Assembly (NCBI GenBank): GCA_002633005.1
Contig: NMRA01000344.1
Span: forward strand, 227,365 to 291,364
Length of the DNA: 64,000 nucleotides
Direction of reading: 5' to 3'
Source: Phoronis australis
Taxonomy: Eukaryota > Animalia > Phoronida
Shown: piece after piece, positions 1 to 13,300 of the stretch
Position numbering within the stretch: the stretch's first letter is position 1
Layout: each line of letters opens with the position of its first letter
The notes under the pieces: model-generated
Seen by the model: only the letters and a program-made list of their open reading frames with translations
Told to the model about the DNA's origin: nothing
Databases searched by the model: none
Program-made: the position numbers and the translations under genes

Positions 1-1004
1 GAATATGAAAATTAACTTGTTCTTGCAACTCTGGGGATTCCGGCGTTGCTGAACTTGTTTGGTCTAGTAAATCTTGACCAGTTGTGCGAGACTATTTTAT
101 GTTAATATTCAAACAAAATTGATCAAGGTGAATGAATGACCAAAGCTGGGCAAGTTGCAAGTTTGTTCATTTGACCCTGCCTATATTTCGTACATACAAG
201 TAGGTGGTGGTCTGGCATCATATGAAACTGATATAGGTTATTAAGTTTTTAATAACAAACATGAGTCTGGGTAGTGCAATTGAATATTATCATTGTGGAT
301 TATGAGACTCGGGATAAGGAGATCTTATAAGACTCTGCCTAGTTGCCTATTGTGCTAAGATTTGTTGACAAAAACAATCTGGTATATCTAGAAGTGCAAT
401 TAATTTCAAGGATTTGTTCACATTTCTGTCTCATTTTGCTAAAAAATGAAATGTGAATGCCTGACAAAACTCACCTCTGATCTAGAGCAGATTTCACTCT
501 TACCGTAATCAAATGTCAGTGAATTAGTTTTAGTTCTTTGTCAATCAAAAATACCTTATTCGCCCATGTCCCAATAAGTGCACCCAACGCGTTTTCAGAC
601 TTCGCTAAAATAAGCGCCCATCCCATGAACGTGTATACATTTGAAAATTGCCTTACCTACAGTTCTAAAATTCTACAGTAATGTCTTCAATTTATCAATA
701 ATATCCGACAGTCCTGAAAAAATCATTGTGTGCCAAATTTTTAGACCATGAGCCTTGCCGCTATGTCGGTATTTAGCCGTGAATATACACTTACCTTGAC
801 GAGGGTGTATAAAGTATGGTAAGGCGGGGGGTACCAATGAGAACATCAAAACCATCACGAACTCAACTAAACGCTAACTAACGCTTACTGAAATGGAATT
901 TATAGAAATGGGAAGGAATATTACGAGGCAGATTTTGTGAGCGTTAAAGGCCTATTTAGATTTTTGTTTTTAGCCCTGAAAACGGTGAAATTTTGCAGCT
1001 TTAA

Positions 1005-1193
1005 GTTTATTATCTGTTCATTCCTTCATGTTCTGTTTATCAGCTGTTCATTCCTTCATGTTCTATTTATGATCTGTTCATTCCTTCATATTCTGTTTAT
1101 TAGCTGTTCATTCCTTCATGTTCTGTTTATTAGCTGTTCATTCCTTCATGTTCTGTGTATTAGCTGTTCATTCGTTCATACTCTGTTGTTTAT
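1005..1193. repeat. Minisatellite, 30-bp unit x ~6, abutting splice acceptor
   Basis: Unit ttattagctgttcattccttcatgttctgt; produces the ICSFLHVLF repeats in ORF 937..1575. Confidence 0.9.
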
Positions 1194-1199
1194 TTGCAG

Positions 1200-1318
1200 G
1201 GGACTGGAGAAGCAACAGAGTGACTGGTTCTACAAAAATGTGACCAAAAAGTTTAAACAATTCGGTAGTGCTAAAGTTGTTCGTTCGCTGCAAAAAAGCA
1301 AGCGAGTAGCCTCGCAAA
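1200..1318 (+). CDS. Exon encoding C-terminal half of Slp-homology (Rab-binding) domain
   Basis: tttgcag acceptor at 1198-1199; translation GLEKQQSDWFYKNVTKKFKQFGSAKVVRSLQKSKR resembles the melanophilin/MyRIP SHD2 motif. The 3' boundary is tentative. Confidence 0.8.
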
Positions 1319-4300
1319 GTTTGTCGCATTGGCACGAATCAAAACGTAAAAGCCTGTTCGCTATTAATTGGGAAGGTATACCCCTGTCTCCTTTCCTCTT
1401 TGTTTGCTTTGTAAAATTTCCTATAATTTTTGTTCAATTAATCATTAAAGATAAAAAATATCTCAAATGTCTTTTAACCAACTTTTTCTCACTTGTTACT
1501 GGTAAATGCAGAAGCTATGAACCTGCCTCCATTAAAAACAGACTTCATTTTGACAACGTGTCAAAGTTAGTCTAGATTTGGTCCTTACACGTTTTAGAAG
1601 TCGTTAATGTGCTTGAGTTGAACTGACAGTTCCAAATTGCTTGCGGCAGTTGTTTGGTGTTTAATATGACTCGTTTGGCCATGCCAACTTCCTGGGCCTT
1701 GTCACAAGCCAACAAACAAACCATCAGTACCCGAGGTCAGACATCTCTAACTTGTAATTCAAGTATGAGACAATTTAAGCCCAATTTCTCAACAGGAGGT
1801 TTATAGTAACTTCAACCATTAGGTCATTGATTCATTATTATGTTTTGTGTCCATTCACGGTAGCATGTTCAGCTAATTAACGAATCATATACTGGACTTT
1901 GTTGAAATGACATTGTATGAACAAACAGGCGTTTGTCTCAGTAACTTTTACGTTGGCTGTGATCACTTTGGTTGGATTTTGTCATGTGATAAAACACGGG
2001 AAGTAACTCCAAAGAGAAGGGATCCCTAGTCAGGTGACACCATCCGGTTGATTTGAATTTACATTGTTTATTACCTTTAAACCACCTTTAAAAATAATTG
2101 CAGGTGGTCCGTTACATGCTGAACCAAACATGCGAAGCCCACCCAGGTGGGCCCATTGCACTAAAAACCTGGAACCATTTTTGTGCTTTATTTATATGTC
2201 CATGAGAGCAAGTAGCTGCATGTGATGTTTAATAAATAGATAAAACTGAGATGAGGAGCTTGACAATGAACATCGTCTCTACTGGCACTGCCAGTTGAGA
2301 TGATGGAGCTCCTATAGGCGCTTCATATGCCCGAAGCTTTTTGGCAAGTTATGTCTCACCTTGACTAATGACAAGTGGTCATTGTGTGGATTATTAAATG
2401 GCTGTGAGAGAGTCAGCTGCATGGGATCTGAAGTAAAATCCATTTGTCATTTCTCTGCAAATATGTGTCAGCTGTGACACTCTCCCTGTCTTCTGTGTCT
2501 TACAGTAGAAACTGGGTTTCTTGAAATGCAAAAATGCCATTAGTTCCCAGTAAAACCGTTTTCTGGTATTCGGATTTCAATGCATTCTTGAGAGACCCTG
2601 TGTAAATATGAGATAGGAAAGATGTAGAACATTCCAGCAGTAATTGGCTGCTGTCGTTTTATTGACTTTTCCACTGTGAATTGAGCTGTTAGTAATGAAC
2701 ATAGTGTCAAACATTGACTACAGGTGACGCAGTGGAACTAATCATTGTCAATGTTTGTGCACCCCCCACACATGTGTTTTGATAGGTGTATTATTTGGTT
2801 GGTAATGATATCCGTTGTAAACTTTGAAGTGAAGTAAACTCTCTTGTTCCCGTTTAGCGAATAAACACCCAAATCTTGTGGAATTGTCGTGGCTGTCTTA
2901 TGACTTGAGTATTGACATCCACCCAAAGTGATCATTGCTGCTGAGTCCACAATTTGACTTGTAAATTTGCTTAACATCATGTTACTAGTTTTCAATTACA
3001 TTTTCAATGAAAATTTTGTTTCCGTGTTTGTTTCAATCTTACTGCAGGGTAAAAGTGATTGCTTATCATCATTACTGCTGGAAATGCACAAATTACCTTT
3101 CCCTATTGTTTGTATTTTTAATTTTGTAGCAAAATTAACTTTTGTTTGCTGTGGTGGTTCAAGTGTGTGGCATTGTCTCATCTTGTTTATTCTCTGTTTG
3201 ATCTGCTCCTAACTGCTAACTGCTAATTACTAAAACATGAATCGTGTTTATGGTACTCTGCAGTGACACCTTTTGGGGATATCTAATGTCCCTTGGATTG
3301 TACTGTCTGCATGGATTGCATGATTGTTTTGATAGGATATGGATAGGTGGCGCATCTAAATAAGAGGCTCAATTTAAGGAAACACTGCTGCATACAAAAT
3401 GAAATAATTTCACTCACTGTGGTTGTCCTTTGACAGCCTCTCAATTCTCATCACAATAATTAACACAACTGGCCTATTTACACAGGAATTGAACTTTTGT
3501 TTGCTGTAAGGTGTTTTTATGTCGTATCTCAATTATCTTCATTGTACAAAAGGTTATTATTTAGTTCCCTTTTTCACACTGATATGGAACCCAGTAATAG
3601 TCTTGTTCGAAATGTAGCTTGACTTCTTTAAAGGAAAGTAAAAGAAATTTTAATTCATAGGACAGTTACAGTTTAAAATTTACTGTACATTGAAACAGAT
3701 ATTTTGCTTCATATAATCCTTAGTTTAACAATATGTATGAAGGTCATGAGGATTAATGTTGGTTTTGTCTGCATGCTTCCCAGAATGCTTCAGTTTTAAT
3801 GTCGCTTTCAACTAAATTTATGTTCTTTGTTGGATGTCATTGCTTTTGCACAATTCCGGGCATCACAAGCTTTTTATCTCTTAGCTAACTGCTGCTTTAA
3901 GCTGCCTAACCATGTTGCTGGCTTACTGGCTTTCTTGCTGACGATTACTATGTCATATGGCCAACGAATTGAGCAGTGTCACCATCATATGACCAACGAA
4001 TTGAGCTCTGTCTCACTAACCATGTGAGCCATGAATTGAGCAGTGTCTCACCATCATATGACCAACAAATTGAGCAATGTCTCGGAACCAAAATGCTATA
4101 ATCTTTGGAGGTTACTTTCTTGCAAATTGTGTAAATTTAGACTAAGGTTACAATTTTCTTAGTTATTTTTCTAACGTGATTTACTTTAATTTAATGAGTT
4201 GTTTTAATTTGAATTATTATGATATCCAATATAGGCTGTTGTAACTTTTTGCTACATTATGTAATGATTTCTTATTGATCTGATTGTATGTAGTTTAGTA

Positions 4301-7300
4301 ACTCGAGCATGCCCTACCTTTAAGTGACACATCTACATGTAGCATGTTGATTATGACACCTGTCAATCAATTTTAGCTTTTAGCTCTATTGTTCTCTTAC
4401 TCCCCACACAACGTAGATATGCCCCTCCTTATCGTAGTCTGTTCTATCCTACTCCTCTGATAGTTCCTTCTCACTAACTCAATTTTCAGCCTCGGACGAA
4501 GTAGATGCCACTCTAGATGTCGACCCGTCACAGTCGATCTACAGTACCATTCAATCTGAGCGCGAGCGACGAGTTCGTACCTCCGTTCAGGGATTCTTTA
4601 GCTCTTCTTCCAAAGGTAGCGGGAAAGGTACTTGGCCATCATTCCAGTCTGCCAGTCTTAAACTTGCGCAGCCCGAGATAAGCTAGTCAGCAACTTCTTG
4701 TAGTACTATCTTTCTTATCCTTACTGGAATATTGACCTTGAACTTACAGTGTAGTGTAGTCCATATGATTGAATCAGTTTTGTAACAGGCACAGGTCTTA
4801 GGAGCCTGGATAACATCATTATGTATCCTGTGGATTTTAATCAACAACATTTCACATTGTTGTAATCTTACCCCTATTTTAGCTTATTTCCATCAGTTAG
4901 GCGTTCTGTTGAAGTGGTACATGTCGACAGTTTAATTTTTCAATTGAAATAGTTCATCAAGCCTGCAGTGGTTTAATCTTGGTTACCAGCGGCTTACTAT
5001 ATGTTCAACGTTGTTTTCGTGGACTGTAAATTGGGGACGTAAAATTGTAATGACTAACTTTCAAAAATGCTGCTTCATATATCACTCACATTTGACACAT
5101 GTAGACAGTTTGAAGCTGGCCGTAATTGCTGAAGGAAAGTTATTCCTTCTGATAACTCCAAAAACACATCTCTACATTACAGTCCTGCAGCTGTACCAAT
5201 GAGTTGTGCGCACAACACTTGTAACTATTAGTAGCTACTAACTTTTGTTCAACATACAACCTTTAATGTGACTGTACTTTGCTAACTGACAGGTTTAAGG
5301 GTGTTCAACAAGCTGAGGAGGACCTAACAGTTAATTGGTTTTCTTCAACTTTACTGTCTTGTCAATTGACATATACTCAACTTGATAGCCCCATACTAAC
5401 AAAACAATGTGGAAAAATTTAAGTTTCGAAAAGACAACTGTCAAGTTACTGTCTGACCTAGTATGGAACTGCAAAGTTGAAATTCTACAGAAGTTGCCTA
5501 GCTTCAGAGCAACCACACTTTGTTTCGTTGTTGGTGTGTTGTTATGGGAATATCAATCCTTTAGTATATGCATAACGTTCACAATTCTGTGCGAGATAAA
5601 TTTGTTACACATGGTTTGTAATGGTTTGACCCTTGCCATAATGCATGTTTAGGGGACACCACCGAGACTGATGGGAGTGATGCTGAAGGTCACACATCAC
5701 GTAAGCGCAGGTCGTCATTTGATTCAGTGTGCAGTAAGGAAACACAGCAGTTCAAAGAAGAGTTACAAGTCGTTGTACGTGATCTGGAGAAAACACTGGA
5801 TGAAAGTCTGAACAAGGATGGCGTTCAAATAGGTAGGTTACGCTTGGCTAGAACTTCATTAAGTGACTTGTGACTAGCGAGTTGGTTCTTTATTAGGGCC
5901 TAGTCACACCAAAGTTCTCGGTACAGTTTTGAAACTGAGCTGTCTAGTCTGAGAAAGACCCTTGCGGACAGTGTTTCATTGGAGACACAATATTGGTCAA
6001 AGTTGCCTGTTTCTGTCTGTCCCTGTCTGGTTCATCAATGTGTTAAGATGGGCGTGCACGTGCAGAGAGTTAGTTTGGTGTGGTACCTGTTTAATATATA
6101 TGGAGGGACTTGTTTTAACAAGTGCAAATTCAGTCATTTGATGCATTGAACTGTTTGACATCTATGAGGGAGGTGGTGATGGTAAAAGGAGAACCAGTAG
6201 AAGTAGTATCTAGTAACTTGTACACTTTTCACTCTGTGTGGTAGACTAAAGGACAAGCATGTTCCATCTACCAAATTGTGTTTTCATCACCATTAGGTGC
6301 ATATATACAAGACATACAAATTAAATAGTTCAATGGCTTTTTGATACGAAGATAACATATGAATAAAAACAAAGGAGTTTTTGAGACCAATATTTGAACA
6401 GAAGCCAGTCCTTTCATACTTCCTTCATTTCCAGGTTAAGGATATCTCAACCTTATTCATAAAAATTGGCCGTTTTTAAGATATTTTTTTCATAATGTCT
6501 AACAAAATACCTTATCTTCATTCTCGGGGTACATCAAGTACAAAATTTATACCATGTAGTGAGAAAACAAGATTGAGCAGAACCACCTTGGAACTGCATA
6601 ACCGCATGGGAATTTGTTTACTAGGATCAAAGGTTGCAGGGCTGTCACTCAAATCGAATCTCACGGCACCAGGCATAAAGCAGTTTTGTATGTACCCTAA
6701 GTCCTTTCATTCACCGAGTCGCCATAATATTGAGTCAACATGGTGTACATAGCATAGAAAGATGCTGCAGAAAACGAAGATAAAACCTTTTTATCCGGGG
6801 GAAGTTGTGCATGCATACAACCGCTTGAGAATGAATGCACCGAGTATGAGTAGTTGAACTGTCTCTTAGGCTAAAGTGTTCAATAACGAAAGAAGTTGTT
6901 AAAAAGTTTTCCACGAAATTCATTAATTTCATTGGTAATTTCACATTTCGCTAATAATAATGGACTAGCTTTGTTAACTACCCATTTTGTTGTTGGTTTC
7001 TTGATATTCTCCTGTCGCGTGGTGTGTATACAATGAACTGTTGGCCTACTTACTGTTGACTCCGCCTTCTGACCTAGACAACACGAGATACACGAAACCC
7101 CACATACACAATTAAAACATTTTTGTGATAATCAAGTTAATTACACATTGCAAATTCAGTTGACATTGCAACTGAATGTTGAAATAGCAAACATAGTTAA
7201 GGCACAAACAGGTTAGATTGTTGACCGAAAACAAGTTTTCACTGAATCATTAACTAAAGACCTTGAGATTTTTACATTTCACAACTTTGTCGTTTTCTTA

Positions 7301-10300
7301 TCTTTGGCATATCAAATTAATTTGAAGAGTTCTCTTAAACGGCTTGGTGGGTTTCACTGAAACTTTGCAAACTTAATATTTATTCATAAATTTCGAAAAC
7401 GGATTTTTGATATAAAGGCCTTAGTGTAATGTAGTAAAAACAATTAAATATGACTGCTATTTTTTACAAAATTTTGTTTTGCAAGTTAATCTGTCAGAGA
7501 AACCAAACTGAAAGACTAATCAAAAATTACTAACATTGTTTTTAGGTAACTGGTGAAGTTTTCATTTAAAATGGTTTCATTAAAATCGACTGGGGTTATT
7601 TTGCTGTGAATGTACCTTTCTTAAAAATGAAATTTTGACTCCAAAATTTGTTAACTTAATAATCATGGCACATAAATATAAAACATATTTTTATAATGCC
7701 TGATCTTCTTTCAGTGAACATATACTTTTACTAGTTGACAAAGCATGTTTTTGATATACAAGGCCACTAATTAAGGTTTGAGGTATCCTTAACTTGACAT
7801 TGTGTAATCTTCTACGAGAGCATGTAATCTTTTCAATTTGTTTTCCTTGCATGTTCTTTTCACAGATGCTGAAGTGTTGGCATCTTTTGAAGCACACATC
7901 AGCAGTGCATTGAGAGATCTTGCACAGTCACTCCACCTAGCGGTTGATAGTAAGTTGACGTTTTTGCAAATGTCAACCATTTCTGTGCAGTAAATTTTCA
8001 AACTTTGAATAAAAGTAACAAAGATGCTACTCGAAATGTATATATTGATAAAGTGAATCCTGTTTGGCATTCTACGCAGTACACAAGCAACAGCTGAGTA
8101 ACAGTTGCGTATTAAAGCTTTTACACCATTTGAACTGAAAGGAGCATCTTTTTTACTTTTATTCGTTTTTTTGCCTCATTTTGGCTAGAAAAATATTTTC
8201 ATTTAGTAGGTTTAAAAAACTTGATGCATGACAACTTCTTAAATTTAAGCGTGTTGCACTTGGGTTTTGTGGTTATGACATTCGAAAATAAATTCCATAT
8301 TTATGAAATGTAATTGACAGATATACCATTACACAAATCACAATGAGGCAATACAAATGTGTGTTCAGGTATAGGACAGATTTTGTCATAATCAAAAGCA
8401 CACTCAGTGGGGCTATGGAGCGTAATCCACAAGTTGATATTCAGGCCCTAGTTTTGTCTTTTGCGTTTTTTTAGTTAAGATACAAGTTGAATTTGCATGT
8501 GAAAAATAGCAATTCCTTGCCGATTTTGCTTGCTGCATCAGTTTTTATTCAATACTTTGGCAGTTTGACTAAGAACGTGAGATAAACTGAATTAATTGAA
8601 TTGTTCTATTTGTTGCTCAGTTGATCCGCTCGTAATCAGAACTTTGTGCTTTCTCCTCATGTTGTGAAAATTTTCTAGTCTTGCTCGGTATTCTTTGGGG
8701 AATTTTCCTGAATACCCAAAAGATGCAGATCACAACAGATAAATTAATGAAAACGGATGAATAGCGAAAACTCAACAGATTTTTTTTCTTCATTAGTTAT
8801 GTTCTGCTTTTTGTGTCTTCAGACCAGAATCCAGGAAGAACTGACATTCCTGTGACAAGGCACCATGAAGTGGAGCACATTCTAACGCAACACGTTGAGA
8901 CTTATCTGTCAGACAGCATTGAGCTGGTGAGTGGAACACATTCTAACACAGCATGTTGACACTTATCTGTCAGAAAGCATTGAGCTGGTGAGTGGAGCAC
9001 ATTCTAATGCAGCATGTTGAGACTTATCTGTCAGACAGCATTGAGCTGGTGAGTGGAGCACATTCTAATGCAGCATGTTGAGACTTATCTGTCAGACAGC
9101 ATTGAGCTGGTGAGTGGAGCACATACTAACGCAGCATGTTGAGACATATCTGTCAGACAGCATTGAGCTGATGAGTGGAGCACATTCTAACACAGCATGT
9201 TGAGACTTATGTGTCAGACAGCATTGAGCTGGTGAGTGGAACACATTCTAACACAGCATGTTGAGACTTATGTGTCAGACAGCATTGAGCTGGTGAGTGG
9301 AACACATTCTAACACAGCATGTTGAGACTTATGTGTCAGACAGCATTGAGCTGGTGAGTGGAACACATTCTAACACATCATGTGTAGATTAACCTGTCTG
9401 TCACCTCTAAACTGATACACAATCCTATTGTCAACTGAATACCTTCTTATTTAGTTGAATGTGTGGAAACTTGTCTGTTGTTGGACTAACTATAATTGTG
9501 TTTACATTCTTTCCCACAAAGAGGGCAGCACTGGGAAATGATGATGTAACATGGCTTCTCATTGATGAAGTATCATTATAATTCTGGTTGGTTTGGTAAC
9601 ATTCAGATGTTCCCGTTGGTTGATGTTTAAAAATGCTGCTCCATCTATTGAGAAATGCCTTTTAGCTTGCAGCTGCTGCAACAACAAGAACATACTAAAG
9701 CATGTATTGCTCACAGGTTTGTGTTTTCTAACACACTCAAAATAACAAAGGATCAAAAGGATTCACAATACTTCTCAAGCGCCTTCCCAGACCTTACATT
9801 TCATAATACTTCTCAACCTCCTTCCCAGTCCATACGTTTCACAATACTTCTCGAACTCCTTCCCAGACCATACATTCTCAATACTTCTCAACCCCCTTCC
9901 CAGACCAGACGTTCACAATGCTTCTCAACCTCCTTCCTAAACCATACGTTTGACAATACTTCTCAAGCTCGTTCCCGGACCAGACGTTCACAATACTTCT
10001 CAACCTCCTTCCCAGACCATACGTTCGTAATACTTCTGTAGCTTCTTCCCAGTCCATACGTTTCACAATACTTGTCAACCTCTTTCCCTGTCCATACATT
10101 TCACAATACTTCTCAACCTCCTTCCCAAACCATACGTTCACAATACTTCTCAAGCTCCTTCCCAGTCCATACATTTCACAATACTTCTCGAACTCCTTCC
10201 CAGACCATACATTCTCAATACTTCTCAACCCCCTTCCCACACCACACGTTTCACGATACTTCTCAACCTCCTTCCTGGTCCAGACGTTCACAATACTTCT

Positions 10301-13300
10301 CAACCTCCTTCTCGGACCATATGTTAACAATAGTTCTCAACCTCCTTCCCAAACCATACGTTCACAATACTTGTTAACCTCTTTCCTGGACCATATGTTC
10401 ACAATACTTCTCTACCTCTTTCCCAGACCATGTGCTCACAATTCTTCTCAACCTCCTTCCTAGACCATACGTTCACATTACTTCTCGTGTTTATGACAAA
10501 AGCTCACACCAAGCCATGCATACTGTTATCCGTTCATGAATTTTTGCTTGTCATTCGTCATCCTTTCACAGGACCACTTTCCTGCAAAGTTGGCGCTGTG
10601 AAAAAGGATATTATGTCCCTGTGACTGGAGACAAAGACACTGATGACTTGAAAGACCGGTGGTCACACTCTGTAGACATTGTAGCCAGAGGTCAACCACA
10701 GCTGACTGGCTGTAATGTTTGTCCTGTCTGATGAAGATATGCTTAAATCTGTGCAATCTGTTTTGCAAATGTTATCTGTTGTTCAATGTCTCCTTCCTTT
10801 GTTGTAATGAATATAGTCTTTGGACATATTGCATCAATGAACAGCACAGCAGTTGCATTCTCTGTGTAAAACATAATCTTCAGGTACTGGTAATGAACAA
10901 ACTAGGGATACAATAAATTTTGTTGTAAAACCTTTTACGTCTGTATTTTGCACATCACATTGCTGAAGGCAAGCATGCATTGAGGCTTATTAAAACATTA
11001 AATAGATATTTTATCGCATTCTTTCACACCTTAAATTGTTACAGGGGGCTGATGACGTTCCCAGTCCTGAGACAATGAATGGAAGCACAGACTATGAAGA
11101 GGTCCTTGCCAAAGCCATAGTGGATAAGGTTTGTGGAAATGATTGAATCGAAACACAAATTTACTTAAGTCAGGAATGCAAAGATTTCAGAAAAAAGTAA
11201 CGTAAAATTCGCAAAAATGAATCGTAAATTTTGATGGAGAATTAAAGTGCTTGACCTAGAACAAATGTTTCACGGATTTGCCCTAATAATTAAAAGATTC
11301 AACTTCTGCTTGTAATGTGCAACTTATGTTTGTATTCAAAATTGTGTAGGACCCTAGAAAAATGCCCAAATGTGGCTAACTTTGGAACACTAAATCTCAG
11401 AAATGGGTGCAATGTATACAATTACAGAGTTAATTTCTATACTTTTCTAAATATGTATCTACATGTACTGACTTGTCAATAAGGTCTCCCATATATCTAC
11501 ATGTACTGACTTCTCAATAAGGTCTCCCATATATCTTCATGTACTGACTTGTCAATAAGGTCTCCCATATATCTACATGTACTGACTTCTCAATAAGGTC
11601 TCTCATATATCTACATGTACTGACTTGTCAATAAGGTCTCCCATATATCTACATGTACTGACTTCTCAATAAGGTCTCCCATATATCTACATGTACTGAC
11701 TTGTCAATAAGGTCTCCCATATATCTACATGTACTGACTTGTCAATAAGGTCTCCCATAATTTTAATCATTACGAGAAATATGATGGGCTATGACAGGAT
11801 GGACACTGACTGTTTCAATGTATTCATGACCATGTGGACTTGTACTAGTTGTCATAACATCTTTCAAACGTCGTTCAGTCTCTTCAAAGAAAGGGTGATA
11901 ATATGGTCAAACTGTTTAGGGATGTTCCAGTAAAATCTGTATGGGAGGGGGGAAGGCACCTTTTTTTTGCACCCACCACCCATAGTTTTCATTTGTTTCT
12001 TCAGCCTACCACCCGTAATTTTTTATGAGTTTGAAATGCAACCACCCGTAATTTTTTTTTGTTCTTGTGGTTGACTGCACAGGCGCTTGAGTTTATCTGT
12101 TCCTCCATCACCACTAACGTCATTCATTACTAAGAAAACATATGTTTCTTATTTATGGTTATTAGCCATCGAGAAATTCGAGCACCTGTGGTTAAATGGT
12201 GTTATGGGCATGCCGATAAGGAGATCGGAGGGAATGAAAAAGTTGGGCTTTTTGCAAGTTGCATTTTTGTTTCAGTTTTTGATTCTGTGCGGATTGTTTA
12301 TAAAATTTACTAAAATTACCCACCATCAAACATTTATGGCCCAATGAAACAACAACGACCTGTAAATTTATATTTTTTTGAATTACGACCACCAGCCATT
12401 TTGAATTTAAATCAAACGCAACCACCCATAAATTTTTATTTCAGTTGCCTTCCCCCCCACACAGATTTTGCTGGAACAGCCCTTACTCTTTTTGTTGAGA
12501 CAAGATGAGGCATGTCACTTACGAGAACTAGTACTAACGTTTCTTTTCCTGAGGCACTGTGCTGTGTTGTAGTTACTGTGTTGTAGATAGTTACTCTTCA
12601 ATTTGTGCAATATGTTTATCTCATTAGATCAAAAGAAACCGTGGCATACAAAATGGTGCAGACATCAACTCGAACTCCACAAGCAAGAGACCAGACTCAC
12701 TGCCAGCTAATAATCCTGTCATGGACAATGACTCTCCTGAGGAGTCACTCCCTCAGTCGCCTGTTCGGAAGATCGTCCCACAAGAGAGCACGGATCAGGA
12801 AGTAGATCTTCGTCAGTTGGCCGACGCCACGCGTCGACGCAAACTGGAACTGCCCACATTTGATATCCATGACGATGGGGCACTCGACTCTGATCTCCTG
12901 GCTACTGGCACGGAGACAGAGGATGACATGGGAGATAATCCTGACTCGAGCACAATGGCTAGGTAAGAAGTCTTTATAATTGTTTTCTTTGCATATCTAT
13001 TTCTGTACGGATTGGATCCAGAAATTATGACAAGCGATAGTTTTCTGGAAATATAATTATGTAATGTACCATTAGATTACTTTATCGAACTGTCAGTCAA
13101 CATTTTGTCTATAAATAACTCCCAGCGAAGTCTAGCTGATGTAGTCTTCTGTATCAGATGTTTGTTAGTTCTTATCTCAGTATGATACAAGACAGTCGAG
13201 TTATATTTCGTAACAGTGAGTGTTCCAATTCAAATGTTAGCGTTTTTGGAAAAGTAAGAGCGCTGTGGCATTACTTGTACTGTATTCTTGCGTACATGAC

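Noticed and set aside
500-990. Complete Tc1/mariner MITE (taccgtaatc..., aataagcgccca motifs)
   Set aside because: The motifs suggest a decayed element, but no matching second TIR could be identified.
937-1575. 212-aa ORF with ICSFLHVLF repeats as a membrane protein
   Set aside because: The repeat part is an intronic 30-bp minisatellite; only ~1200-1318 is a plausible exon.
9655-10624. Overlapping 100-150 aa ORFs on both strands
   Set aside because: They arise from the 37-38-bp tandem repeat; no splice or protein-family support.
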